A DNA stretch of 64,000 bases. Origin: Azolla caroliniana (Eukaryota; Plantae; Polypodiophyta). Location: the NCBI GenBank assembly GCA_043228905.1, contig JBHGNT010000004.1, positions 7,998,001 to 8,062,000 of the forward strand, written 5' to 3'. The position numbers were made by a program, and so were the translations under genes. Of the stretch, positions 1 through 12,464 are shown in pieces (position 1 is the first letter of the stretch; the number at the start of each line of letters is the position of its first letter). The notes beneath the pieces are model-generated. The model was not told where the DNA came from. It was given only the letters and a program-made list of their open reading frames with translations, and did not search any database.

Positions 1-1007
1 TTCCTCATCTTGTCGCTCCCAAGTTCCCGAGTTTCTATCCCCATCACGCCGAGTTCCACGTTCGTAACCTTATTATCGGTCGTAGCCTCGTCATCTATGC
101 TTTGTTGTAGTCTAAGGTTGGTGTGTCTGTGACATAAACTAGATTAAACTGTCAAATACTGACTATATATCGATTTAGGTGTTAGTCATTTTGTATACTA
201 TTTTGTAAGTTTGGCTGGCCAATTATTTAGGTGTTTTTGGACATGCCACAATTTTTCCACATGTTAAAAATCAATATATTTATGAAGTATTTTTAAATCT
301 CCTTTACGCATGTGCATACCCTTCTTGTGAATCAACCTATTTTTTGTCTTTTTTGGTTTTTTTTTTTATGTGGCATTCTCAAATTGCAACATATTACCTG
401 TTTCAAATGTCCCGGTGTTGTTGTCGCAATACATGTGATAACTATTTAATGATCCTTGCAACAATATAGAGATCTTGAGCAATGGTAGATTATTGTATCT
501 TGCATATCCCTTGTGTATGGACTTGATGTCAAGTTTAGGCAACATTATGTTGTTTCGAATTGCCATTTATGATCAAGAGTAGTGATATAGTTTTCCATGA
601 GAAGATGCTTTTGGTGATAACCAAAGAAGTAGCCAAACAAAGTTGACTTCTCATACTATGAAGTGAAGGAAAGGGACATTTTACTTGTGTATGTGAAAGG
701 TGAGTGGGACCACCAAGAACCTAGTCCAAAGAAGATGGCATCCCTCATGAAGGATTATGAGTGAATAATTTCCCACTTCCAACGTGTTGGAGCACTTCGA
801 AAATTTCCTTTTAGAGAATGTATACGCAAATGAATGGCAACCCATTTAGGTTATTAATATTTGAATTTGCCCTAGCTTATTGTGTTATTCACGAATGCAT
901 ACCCATACATAGTATTGTGGTTACATGAGTGTAAATAAATATACGAGCAATACAATGTGTATTTGTGTATGAATAAGTGTTTTTAGCATAATATGTATGT
1001 GTTTGTG

Positions 1008-1038
1008 TATGTATGTATGTATGTATGTATGTATGTAT
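1008..1038. repeat. (TATG)n microsatellite
   Basis: Direct TATG tandem run; similar runs at ~9826-9870 and, in reverse orientation, ~62497-62533. Confidence 0.85.
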
Positions 1039-1929
1039 ACGAATAATAAGAAATGTGTAAGTAGGAATGTTGATGATGTGTGGGTGGGAAACATAGGCTC
1101 ATGTGGCCGAGCCCTAAGTCAATGTCGAGGTTGCGAGCTTGGCTTTGAGTGTTGGTCAATGGCGCTCAACAACTATAATAGTGGCAACAACTTTTGTTAT
1201 TGCATTGTTAGGAGATTGGGTATCATTCTCCTTCTTCCAGTCGTCTTCCCTTTGTCGCTCATTTATTTCCTCCTATGTTCTCCCTTACCTAGAGGTTTCC
1301 TTGAGGGAAAAGGGTGTTATTTTTTCCCTTTGAGTAAAGCATACCCAAGGGTCCCATCCTTTAGATAATTAATAACTAGGATAAAAGATTCTTGGTATTA
1401 AGAATAACAAGAAATCTGGTAAAAGATTTTCATTGAAAATGAGAGAGAATTATACACTTATTTTATATGGCTATTTTTGTGGATTAGCTAGCAAATACTT
1501 CTAAATGAAATATCATACCTTCGAGTAATTGGAATTGCCTGAAAGTTCAACTTAGTTTTATTGTTGTTGTTGTTGTTATGCTTATTATAATTTCAGTAAA
1601 ACTCTTCATTTCGCTCTTGTATAAATTTGTCCTTCCAAAGCATGAAGGTAGTTCTAATGATAAGGCACTGGAGTTTCTGGTATTCGGTATTAGGGGGTTG
1701 ACTCCCTTTATACATTAAAATCCTTCTGTTTGTGACTTGTTTTTTTATCCAAGACTTTTGTCCCATTGTTGATGGAAGACATAAGACAATGATGCCAGTC
1801 ACCTAGATCTACAAATATGAAGTTTAGGGTTTAGGGTGCAATTTCTAGTATGCTATCATGACTACCATGCCACATAGAGATTTCAACCCATGACCTTGTG
1901 GAAAATGGGTTAAATTGTTTCTAGCATGG

Positions 1930-2327
1930 TGTCGTGACCACCATGCCACACAGAGATATGAACCCATGACCTTGTGGAACATAGGTTAAATTTAAACCAT
2001 TACAAAGTTATCATTTTTGTACATATTGACTCATGAGAGAGTGTATACCTTACACGCATCCATGGTCCCACAATCACATGTGCACCTAGTTACCTTCTTG
2101 CATCTATTCACGCATATAAACCAAGTGTCCTTCATGCATCTATTCATGCATGTGAGCCTAATATCCTTCATGTATATGAAATCTATTTAAAGAGGTGATC
2201 AAGACTAAGCCTTTTGCTTCAACACTAGCCTTTGGCTCCCAAGTTGTATTAGTTAGTTGTAACTATCTTCCTACTCTTGATAAAGTTACACTTTCTCTTT
2301 CTCCTTCTCTCTTTTCCAGTTTTAACA
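1930..2327 (+). mobile_element. Putative decayed solo LTR related to the self-priming (Tcn1-type) LTR families
   Basis: Starts TGTCGTGA and ends ...TTAACA. Antisense tRNA-like A/B-box module just inside the left end; TATTTAAA (2184) followed by TTCAACACTAG (2218), as in the LTRs at 23605 and 49489. Partial duplicate of the left end at ~1845-1920. No TSD seen. Confidence 0.4.
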
Positions 2328-2823
2328 ACCGATTCTCATATTATTGAGATGAAATTTTCATAACAATCCTTATTTGATCTTGAATTACAATGATCACAAA
2401 TTACAATTCTTTATCCCAATACACAAATTTTAATACATAAAGATGGAAATATTTCAATCCATTTACAATAAATTAAAAAGGGCTAGTGAACTATACTTGA
2501 GTTGTTTTACAACAATTAACGGAGTTAGATGGGGGACAGAGATAAAGATAAATGAAAGAAAACTAAGATCGACAACATGTCAGAGAGAGATCCTTGCGAT
2601 TAGGCATAGTGGATGTAAGATTAAAGGCCACATTGCCATTTATTATCATATGCACCAAGTGTCCTTCATGCATCTACACATGAATGTAAACCGAGTGTCC
2701 ATAATGCATTTGCTCATGCATATGTGCCTAGTGTTGTTCATGATACATGTATACCACATCTATTTGATGAAGTTCGTGCTCAAGATGAAACATTTGGATT
2801 GCTCCTAAGTTGTATCAACTATA

Positions 2824-3345
2824 AGGGGATGAAGCATAATTTCATGAGGGGATTAGAGAGTAGTCTCATTCTAATTTTGTAGGTATAGGTCCTTGGTGGT
2901 ATACAACGAGATGGTTGATATAGTCATTGAAGCAAATTTTCTATTTTCTAAGGATGAGTGAATCGTGGTGGTGTTGGGGGCTAAACTAGTTTTTTATTTT
3001 TGTTTGTACAGGACTTTGGTGGTAAACAAACAGACGGTTGATGTGGTAAATGAAGAACACTGTCTATTTTAGTAAAGGATGAGTGACGATGGTGTCGGGG
3101 GAAGAAGCAGAATTTCATGAGGGGATCAAGAGAGTAATGTCATTATGTGTTTTGGTATGTACAGGACTTTGCTAGTCTACGGCGAGATGGTTGATGTGAA
3201 CGTTGGTGGTAATCGGTGACATGTTGGTTGGGGAAAAGGACACATATTCTCTTTGTTTGATAAGGATGAGCAATGTCGTTGTTGGGGGCTGAAGCATACT
3301 TTCATGAGGGGACGAGGACAGTAGAATCATTTTCTTTTCCAGGTG
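2824..3345. repeat. Diverged tandem repeat (about 3 units)
   Basis: Recurring gaagca..tttcatgagggg, gatggttgat and aaggatgag..ttggggg motifs. Confidence 0.5.
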
Positions 3346-5215
3346 ATTGTTGTATTTGGCGAGGGGTATCATGGTACTGAGTAGAATGGTATTGAATTAA
3401 CACTTCCAAAGTCCTATTCTCCAATATATTCTGAATTCTGCAATTTAGAACTTCAACGCAATGCAAGTAAAGTATAAGCCACATACCGTGGAAATGATGT
3501 TCAATCAAAGATGTTAAATGAGGCAAAAACTGAAGAAAACAAAAAAGAATTGGGGGAACCTCATGTGGACATTTAGGTACACAAATGTTGAGAAAACAAC
3601 TCCATGGGCATCATGGACATTTTGGTGTCTACAAATGCAACAATTGAAGTAGGTGCTGAAGTACAGAAATTTGCCAAGCGTGTTGAAGAGATTCTTGTGT
3701 GGAGAATTCACGTCAAGGTTATCCTTCTCAAAGTAAAATTAGGGAACATTCTGAGGATAAATCATTCCTTCCACAGTGTAGAGAATTCTTCAGCTAATTC
3801 GAATGCACCAGCATGTGTTGATTGTTCAATGGAAGAAGGTCAAGATGAATCATCCTCAAAAAGGGGTTTTGCTAGACGTTCATTACATGTAGGATGGCTA
3901 ATGTCATTCTTTTTAGTCATTCACTCGGCTTCTTTGTGGTTTGTTATAGGTCATCATGGCTAGAGCCATTGTAATGTTTTCCGCCTAAACATTTCAACAT
4001 GTATGCAAAAGTTCTACTAATGAAGAATAATTTTTTTTGGGAAAAAAAAAATGTTGAATTGTTTTGATGATTCCTTAAAACCAACATTTTTTATGATATG
4101 TGGTGGACATAGACACTTAGAAATTGTTATACATCTTAGTAATAAACAATATATCGTGCACTGCAACACAATATCATGCAAATTCACTCTATAGCTTGTA
4201 AGAGAAATTCCATGTTGCCACAAGTAACTGTTTATGAATTCTAGTAAAATTTTAGAGCGTGATAAAGTTCAAGTGTATAAACATGCTTGTATAATGGTAA
4301 AGAGGCAATCCTAATGTTGAAGCCATGGCCAACTATTCAAAACACTTTTTGTAAGTTGAGTTTGAGATCATTTGCACAACATTTTGCTCCTAGAATCATG
4401 GTTTACAATACTATAAGCATCTTAGCCACAAGGCATGGAGTTGAGAACAATAGGAATTTCCTTTTCAAGGTAATGCTATAAGAGACACTTATCAATGTTA
4501 TGCAACAATTGGACAAGTGCATACAACCCCATCCCATAAACAAACTAGTCTGCTCATAATTCAACATAAAGACTTTGATTACTTTGGTTTGTATAGTTTC
4601 CATACATATGTATAAAATTTTGTGTGTGCATGTGTTGATAGAGAAGGAATATATGTCCATAGATAGATTTTATTTACCTTCTTGAAGATCAAATGTTACA
4701 GGATGGATTGTCCTTCTCTTTCTTTCTATAGCATGGGGAATATATGAAGATGAAGGAAAAAGTCTAAGTAAGAACAAGTAGACCATGCACAAACTTGTCA
4801 AATATGCAAGTGTGAAAGCAAGGTGAAAGAAAGATGAAGATGCATCAATATCAACGCATGCCCTCAAACGATGAAGCAAGAAAGTTGGTTCAAGGACTCA
4901 CAAGTACATTACGACATGGTTCAAGTAAATTTGGTTATAGAGGGGACACACACTAATACATTAAGTAAGTAGCATTGACCCAACCAATACATCTATTACA
5001 AGTCGCAATTTGGTTGGAGGCTAAACAAATGCGACCTAGGAAGAGGAAAACAGTTGTGTTAGAGACAAAGGTTAAAAACATGATTATTTGCTAATAAGCT
5101 TCTCATAATTTGAGCTGAATAAGTACTCATTAAGGGCATGGTGTATGTAATAATGAAAGGTTCATATATCTTAGCAGCAATGAACTTTTGTTGTTGTAAA
5201 GTGTGTTATGTTTAC

Positions 5216-5246
<31 letters not shown>

Positions 5247-5355
5247 GTTGCCCAAATGGAGACCATTGTAGGAGGTCATGGGTTCAACCCCTACATTCCA
5301 TAGTGGCTTCTAGTGAATTAAAAGTGATATATATGAAGTATGTAATAAAGAGTTG

Positions 5356-5850
5356 AGATAATTGGGTTTCAAACCCAAGAAATAATGCTTGTGGTGTAAC
5401 AACTTACCACTAGGGTAAGGTACTTATAATAAAAATATAGGTAGATATGTAATAGAAAGGTGAGGTAATTGGGTTTCGAACCCAAGACATTATGCTTGTG
5501 GTGTAACAACTTACCCTAGATAGATAGATATGTACTAAAGAGGGGAGATAATTGGGCTTCGAACCCAAGACATAATGCTTGAGATGTAACAACTTACCAC
5601 TAGGGTAAGGTACTTATGATAAAAGATAAATAGATAGATATTTAATAGACTGGTAGGATAATTCGACTTCAAACCCAAGACACAATGCTTGTGGTGTAAC
5701 AACTTACCACTAGGGTAAGGTACTTACAATAAAATATATATAGATAGATATATATCTAATACAAAGTGAGATAATCGGGTTTCAAACCCAAGACATAGTG
5801 CTTGTGGTATAACAACTTACCACTAGGGTAAGGTACTTACAAAAAAAGAT
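5356..5850 (-). repeat. Tandem array of five tRNA-like (SINE-head-like) units, period ~110 bp
   Basis: Conserved ~70-bp core, on the minus strand TACCCTAGTGG...GGTTCGAAACCC (A box and B box 42 nt apart), separated by variable (TAGA)-rich spacers; unit 2 is internally deleted. Confidence 0.75.
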
Positions 5851-5879
5851 AAATAGATATATAGATAGATACAATTTAT

Positions 5880-6880
5880 TAGAATTTTTATCATCCATAA
5901 AGAGGCCAATTTTGACCTATGGGACCAAAGTATACATGTTCTTGATATGTGTCTCCTTCCTAAAAAAGGGTACTCATACATTGAAGCACAATGTCTCTAT
6001 GCGTGAATAAGGCATTCACATATGAGGTCAACCTTCTAGGTGGTGTCTTAAGTATGGCACTTAAGTTATCACTCCCTCTTAATATGTCGTCATATCTTGA
6101 ATGAATCGCACTCATCCTCTACCGTGCCTTCATTGCATACTTTACATGCCCTCAAATTCGTTACATTTTGATACCACGATGCAACTTCAATACCTAACTT
6201 GTGACTCGTGAGGTCGAGTGCAAAGTAGCGTGAGGGCTCTACGAGCATTACTACTCATATTGGTAATGAGATAAGGTTGGATATGATCAATAGGCATTCT
6301 TGCCTTATATTGAGACCAACATTCAAGGTTGACATTTAGAGGGAGAACGAGATTATTTTAGGAAATTGGTAAATTCACAGTTTTTTTTAATGATAGCCAG
6401 ATTCCATCCCCTCAAAAAAACTGTGAAAATACAGAAAAAACTGTGAATTTACCAATTTCCTTATTTTAACATTCATAAAGTGGCCAATATGGACCCATGG
6501 TACCCACATATACATTGAGTTTTCTTGATGTGTATCTCTTTCTAGGCAAGGATATTCTTACTTTGACAACAAAGTCTTTATGTATAAATAGGGAATACAT
6601 ACATGACCTCAACCTACTAGATGGTGTGACTTAGGTATGCCACTCGAGTTATCACCTGCCATTAATATGTCATCATAACTTTTGCGAATTGCATTATATG
6701 GTGAGCATGTGGAAAGCAAGTGATATTCATCCAATACTAAGCCTTCATTGCATACCTTACATGCCTTCTTTTTTTACGCAATTTGATCTCATAATTCAAC
6801 TTCAATTAGTGTCATGTGTTCAAGTGCAAGTGAGTGTGAAGGCTCTATGAGAGTTAACACTCATGGTGCCAATGAGGCTT
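5880..6880. repeat. Old tandem duplication (~480-bp unit, two copies)
   Basis: 5885-6270 aligns by eye with 6465-6880 (cat.cataaag.ggccaat..., gttatcac..., gccttcattgcatac.ttacatgcc). Confidence 0.6.
6361..6460. mobile_element. 100-bp MITE (Mutator- or hAT-type by TSD length)
   Basis: Perfect 26-bp TIR GGAAATTGGTAAATTCACAGTTTTTT; 8-bp TSD TTATTTTA at 6353-6360 and 6461-6468. Confidence 0.85.
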
Positions 6881-7394
6881 TGATAATTTCTATGCGTCGA
6901 AAATTTGTCATTAGGCACCATAACAAAAGCAGTTTGCTACATTGAGGGAGAGGCAAGGGACAATTGAAAAAAAGTTGTGTGTATCGCTCAAAGGCAGAGC
7001 AATAAGTTGAAGTTCATTTGGTCACTAGTTCAACCTCAATTGTGCCCTCTTTGTCTTCTAGAGGATTAGGTTAAGCCATGTGTAGAAGCTAACAATACAT
7101 TATGTATGATTGTGGTGCAAATTCGACTACAAGGAAAAAAAAAAACTTTTATTGTGTTTTGTTTCAATACTTGGAAGTGAATCAACTCACAGCTAGAAAA
7201 AGTAGGTAGATAGCTCAATGATGGAGAATTTGACACAATCCAATAGATAATTGGTTCAACCCTGGTTCCATCCTCTTCCTCTTGGAGGATTTGATTATGC
7301 CAAATCAAGTCTCAAATTATTGCACAATTGAAAGGTAAAAGTAAAAACAAAAACAAAAACAAAATGTATCAACTAAAAGTAAAAACTAATGGGC

Positions 7395-7670
7395 GCATTT
7401 GCCAAACGTTGCAACGCACACCATTTGGTAACATTAGATATAATTGTAGTATAAAGTCAACTACAAGGAAAAACACTTTTGACTAAATATTGCAATGTAG
7501 ACCATTTGGTAACATTGTGTATAATTGTAGTACATTTGACCAAACATTGCAATGTAGAACATTTGGTAACATTGTGTACAATTGTAGTACATTTGACCAA
7601 ACATGGCAATGTAGACCATTTGGTAACATTGTGTATAATTGTAGTACAAAGTCAACTATAAGGAAAAACA
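7395..7670. repeat. 57-bp minisatellite (about 4 units)
   Basis: catttgaccaaacattgcaatgtagaccatttggtaacattgtgtataattgtagta repeats with period 57 (7533, 7590). Confidence 0.85.
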
Positions 7671-9822
7671 CTTGATTGTGTTTCGTAGATTTTTAAGAAT
7701 AGTTTGGTGTAATATGAGGAAGTGAAATTTGGAATGAAATGCTAGAAATTGAATTTCGAAACCTAGCATTGGAATGAATCGAGCCCTCTTCCTCTTGGAA
7801 AGTTAGATTAATTCAACATTCAATAAAGGAGATACGATTTAGGTACTATAATTATGCTTAGTTCAAAATTCAAATATTCCTCAATAGGTAAACTATTAAG
7901 AGAGTTTTAAAAATATCCATTCTATTGGATGTTGCATAAAAGGCGCCCTTAGTGGGTTTGGAATACTTATGGACAAGTATTACAAAGTTAAGCCTCATCG
8001 TCATGTCTTCTTAAATAACTAGTATTACAATTTGGATTCAATTAAGAAGTAATGCATTAGGAATGGACATACTACCATTCTAAGTAGTCAAGCAAATTAG
8101 ATTGTCCTTGGGAGGCTAATGTTTCAACAATGTACCTCAAGGTCATAAGTTCATTATTTTGTGGTTGTAATTTCAATGCACGTTTGATTAATTAGAACCA
8201 TAGCTTTCTCGTTTCACTTAATCAGTGTAAATAATGTCCCTTTTCTATTTATCAAGGGCATACATACCTTGATATTTTATCCATGCTCCTAGAGAAAGAA
8301 AATGATTACATGCTAGTATTTGGTCCTAATATGTACCTAAGCAGAAATGTTGTGCATATGAATGGTTTACATGTAAGCAATGGATGTTTTGTATGTGGAA
8401 TTCGTTCGAGCATGATAAAGGCATTGGTAAAAGGGATGATGTTTAAAACGTTCTATGCCGGTAGCCAAGGAAAATACCATATACAATAATAAAAATCTCA
8501 TTTTTGTATTAGAACAATGATAGGATGAAAACTAGTACATAAGGCATGAGGTAAATACATGTCCATTATTAAGTACATAAAAACATGCTCTAAAATCATG
8601 CGTATCGTTTTCATAGGAATCTATTATATGTAATCACATCAATGTAAAGTTGGGTTCCTTACACACAATGTTGTTTATTTATTTGTTATCATTTTGGAGA
8701 TATACAATTCACTGGGAGGAGGACTGATGTACTCTTGGTAACTGCTCTTGGTAACTGTATTAAAAATGGGTTGTGAAGAGGAGGTATATTTTATATACAC
8801 AAATTTATAAGAGCAATGTCTTCAATATACGCTTTATATACACAAATTTATAAGAGCAATGTTTGTAATCTCAATAGCTCTCAAGTAAAAACCCCAAAAC
8901 GTGCATGCGATATTGTTTGAGCACGTTCTAGTAATATTAGAGCATGATTAGGATATTGTAGCTATGATCTTTATTATTGGGTGATGGTTTGAAGCACAAC
9001 ATCTCCCCCCCTCATTAAGACAAACGAATGTGGGAGGACTTTAGGGGTAATGAATAGCAAAATAATCTAATGGAGACCCTATAAAAGGGGGAGACTCCAG
9101 ATTGTAACCGAAAATAGATCATCAACTACAATGGATGAAAACGATCAGACGTATCAAGAGCAAAGGAGCATGTAAAATCGTAGAGTCAACTGGTGAAGGA
9201 TCGAACACAGAGTAGACTCGTCTCACCCATCCATCACACTAACAAGCCGAACAATAGGGAAGGGAGGAGTTGAAGAAGCAATTGCAATATGGAGGCAAAC
9301 CAAGTGTTCTAATCTCGATACAGGGGAATGCAACAAAATAGGTTGGGTTGGGTTGGGCTATCCTGGCGTGGCAGGGTTTGGAAACCAATCGATAAGGAGG
9401 AGGTTAATGACAACGTGCATAAAAGAGAGCAGGGAGTAGGTATGCAAGAAGGGTGTGTGTGGGGGAGGTCAGTGTTACTGAGGGTGGCATTGGACGCGTG
9501 ATTTAGGGCATGAGTGGTTGGGTGGGGGTCGGTCGGGCGAAAAGAAGGAGAGATGGTGCCGGATGGGGTGTGCATGTGGATGAAGACTCGGAACAACAAA
9601 AGCAGCAGCAGAAGAAGAAGATCCTTTTCAATTTTGGGCTTACTGATGTTTGTTCATATTTCCTTCTTCTTCTTCTTTTGGGTTTATATGTTGTATAGAT
9701 GGTTCTGAGATGAGCTTATTATTGATTGTGTTTGTATTGTAAATAGAGTTTGTTTTTTGTTTTGGTGTGTATGTGTGTGATATGTATGCATCAATGATCA
9801 TGCATGCATGCATGCATGTGTG

Positions 9823-9855
<33 letters not shown>

Positions 9856-10034
9856 TGTATTTGTATGTATGTGGGGGGGGGGGGGGGGAGGACTTTTATT
9901 CGATTGACCCGGTGCCTACTGTTGTGTTGTTGCTTCTTCGTTTCAGTTTTTCTCCTTTTCCCCAAATTAAAAGCTGAAAAACGCAGAGAGACAGAGAAAG
10001 GCGAAGACCCAAAAAAATAATCCATCCATCGCCA

Positions 10035-10330
10035 CAAGACAAAGACAAAGACAAAGACAAAGACAAAGACACAGAACAGAGAGAGGAAGAGAAACAAAGA
10101 GGCTCCTCCCTTTTTTCTTCTTCTTCGTTTTTGGTCTTCCTCATGATCCATCATCATCCTCTTCAGATCTGTCCTTCCCAAACCTCCTGCCCCAGATCCA
10201 ACCCTCCTCCGTTTTGATCCTTTACTTCTCAATCACAACAGGGGGGTCTTCACTACATAGCCATAGCCATAGCCATAGCCACAACCACAGCCATAGCCAC
10301 AGCCATAGCCACAGCCACAGCCACAGCCAT
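10035..10330 (+). repeat. Microsatellites in the probable 5' UTR/promoter of the ANTH gene: (GACAAA)n and (AGCCAY)n
   Basis: Direct hexamer runs at ~10035-10070 and ~10256-10330. Confidence 0.8.
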
Positions 10331-10511
10331 ACCTGGTCAAGGTATCAGATCTACAGAACAGCACATAGCCATTTGCCCCAATACCCCCTTACCTATAGCT
10401 CTATCCGTACATTTCCGTGCCTTGCCCTAGTCACACCTACCCACCCACCTACCTGGTGATCCAAGAGAAAACCAGCGTCTGTCGAAAGGAAAGGAAGGTA
10501 GGGTATCGAAT

Positions 10512-12464
10512 ATGGCCCCAATGCAGATCAAGCTTCGGAACGCGATCGGAGCTCTGAAGGATCAGACGAGTATATCGCTAGCAAAGGTATCGAGCACAGG
10601 CATCCCTGACCTGGATGTGGCCATTTTAAAAGCCACGAGCCACGAAGAATTACCCATGGAAGAGAAGTATGTGCAGGAGGTCCTCCACCTCATCTCCTAC
10701 TCTCGCTCCCATGTGATTGCGTGTGTGGCTGGGATTGGGCGCCGACTGTCCAAGACACGCACATGGATCGTCGCCATCAAATCCCTAATGTTGGCTCACC
10801 GCCTCCTACGCGATGGCAACCCTTCCTTCGAAGCAGAGCTACGGCTCTCGGCCCGTTCCCGAGGTATGCGTATTCTAAATGTCTCTGATTTCCGGGATGA
10901 ATCTGAATCCAATGGATGGGATTACTCGGCTTTCATCCAAGCTTATGGCCGGTATCTCGATGACCGCCTGGATTCCTGCTCGATGGGTGGCCTCCTTGCA
11001 GCCACGAAACCGAAGCCAAATCAACACAGGTCTTCCAACAACTACTCGGCTTCTTCTAAGCACTATGAATATAGTGATAGTAGCTACTACAATGATGGAT
11101 ATTTGTCTCGAGATCCTGAGGAGGAGGACCAAAGGAAGAAAGAGCCGAAAGTTAAGGCAGTTAAGGATATGAGGGCAGATGAGCTCATGGAGAATTTTGT
11201 CATTTTCCAACGATTGTTAGAGCGGGTTCTTGCTTGCCGACCCTCCGGCATCGCGAAAGTGAACCGTCTTGTGAACATTGCCCTCTACCCAGTTGTTAGA
11301 GAGAGCTTTTTACTTTACATGGACATCCGTGATGGATTAGCTATCTTGCACGATGCTTTCTTTGACATGGAGCCACGCGAGTGTAATAGGGCATTTGATA
11401 TCTATACTAAAGCAGCTAAGCAGATCGATGAACTCATTGCTTTTTACAGCTTCTGCAAGGCACTAGGGGTGTGCCGGACGACCGAGTACCCTGTGGTTGA
11501 GAAGGTATCGGCTGAGACACTCGAGGTGATGGACGACTTTTTGCATAACCGAACCGTCTCGGCCAGAAGGTCTCACAGCCCCCTCCCCCGAAGCCCTCGG
11601 AACGACAAAGAAGAAGAAGAGAGCTATGAAATCAATGGGATGAAAGCATTGCCCGCGCCTCCTCTTCCAGCTGCTGCTACTGCGGACGAGTCTTCTTCTT
11701 CCTCTAGTGCATCCACGGTTCGAGAAGCCTATCCACAACAACAAGCAAACCATCATGTAACGAACAAGAAAGGTGAAGACCTTATCAATATCCACGAGCC
11801 TCCGATGTCGACGGAAGAGCATGAGAACAAGTTAGCATTGGCCTTGTTTTCCGGTGGGGCAGAAACAAAGGTGAACACGAAATGGGAGGCATTCTCATCA
11901 TCGAATGGAGAGGAAAGTGGAAATGGGCGTCCGACGATATCGACAATCAGTAACGGGATGGCGGGATGGGAGCTCGCGCTGATAGAGGCCGAGAGCGAGA
12001 TCTCGAAGCCAAGTGTGAATGCGTCCTTGGCAGGTGGGTTCAACAACTTGCTATTGGAGAGCTTGTATGAGCAAGCGGAGACTCGGCAGAAGACAATGGC
12101 AGCAGTTGCACCGGCTGGGAGTGCGAGCAGTGTGGCGATGCCGGGTCATGCCCAAAGCAACTTTTTGGCCCTCCCGGCCCCGCCCTCTGCAGCCACTGCC
12201 TTATCTGAGGACCCCTTCGCTGCCTCGGTGGCAGTGCCACCACCTCCCTATGTGCAAATGTCAGAAATGAGACATAAACAGCAGCTCCTTGTTCAAGAAC
12301 AACAGCAATGGCTGCAATATCAGCAAATGAGTCATCCTCAAGGTGGTTATATGGGTATGGCCAAATACCCGAACAACCCGTTCGGCACTACTGGCGCTTT
12401 TCAACAACCCAATATTTATTCAGTCTCGAACTACGGTGGCGGCCATAACCCTTTTTTTCGCTAG
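10512..12464 (+). CDS. ANTH-domain (AP180/PICALM-like) clathrin assembly protein, 650 aa, intronless CDS
   Basis: N-terminus IGALKDQTSISLAKV, DLDVAILKATSHEE, RRLSKTRTWIVAIKSLMLAHRLLRDG, WDYSAFI..Y..YLD.RL; C-terminal GWELAL, LAGGF..LLL.SLY, DPFAAS..VPPPPYVQM and NPF motifs, typical of plant ANTH proteins. Confidence 0.95.
   Translation: MAPMQIKLRNAIGALKDQTSISLAKVSSTGIPDLDVAILKATSHEELPMEEKYVQEVLHLISYSRSHVIACVAGIGRRLSKTRTWIVAIKSLMLAHRLLRDGNPSFEAELRLSARSRGMRILNVSDFRDESESNGWDYSAFIQAYGRYLDDRLDSCSMGGLLAATKPKPNQHRSSNNYSASSKHYEYSDSSYYNDGYLSRDPEEEDQRKKEPKVKAVKDMRADELMENFVIFQRLLERVLACRPSGIAKVNRLVNIALYPVVRESFLLYMDIRDGLAILHDAFFDMEPRECNRAFDIYTKAAKQIDELIAFYSFCKALGVCRTTEYPVVEKVSAETLEVMDDFLHNRTVSARRSHSPLPRSPRNDKEEEESYEINGMKALPAPPLPAAATADESSSSSSASTVREAYPQQQANHHVTNKKGEDLINIHEPPMSTEEHENKLALALFSGGAETKVNTKWEAFSSSNGEESGNGRPTISTISNGMAGWELALIEAESEISKPSVNASLAGGFNNLLLESLYEQAETRQKTMAAVAPAGSASSVAMPGHAQSNFLALPAPPSAATALSEDPFAASVAVPPPPYVQMSEMRHKQQLLVQEQQQWLQYQQMSHPQGGYMGMAKYPNNPFGTTGAFQQPNIYSVSNYGGGHNPFFR

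Noticed and set aside
1823-1836. Interstitial telomere (TTTAGGG x2)
   Set aside because: Only two units; too short to support a call.
3300-4900. Possible gene or transposase remnants (ORFs up to 119 aa)
   Set aside because: No recognisable motif or consistent exon structure.
5356-5850. CRISPR array
   Set aside because: Eukaryotic context, no cas genes, repeats too long (~70 bp), and spacers are related low-complexity sequence.
7461-7675. Repetitive short ORFs on both strands
   Set aside because: Artefact of a 57-bp (multiple-of-3) minisatellite.
9300-9900. Divergent transcript or miRNA precursor upstream of the ANTH gene
   Set aside because: UTR-like composition only; no known miRNA match or long hairpin recognised.
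10214-10459. His/Ser-repeat ORF upstream of the ANTH gene
   Set aside because: Non-ATG start and produced by an (AGCCAY)n microsatellite.
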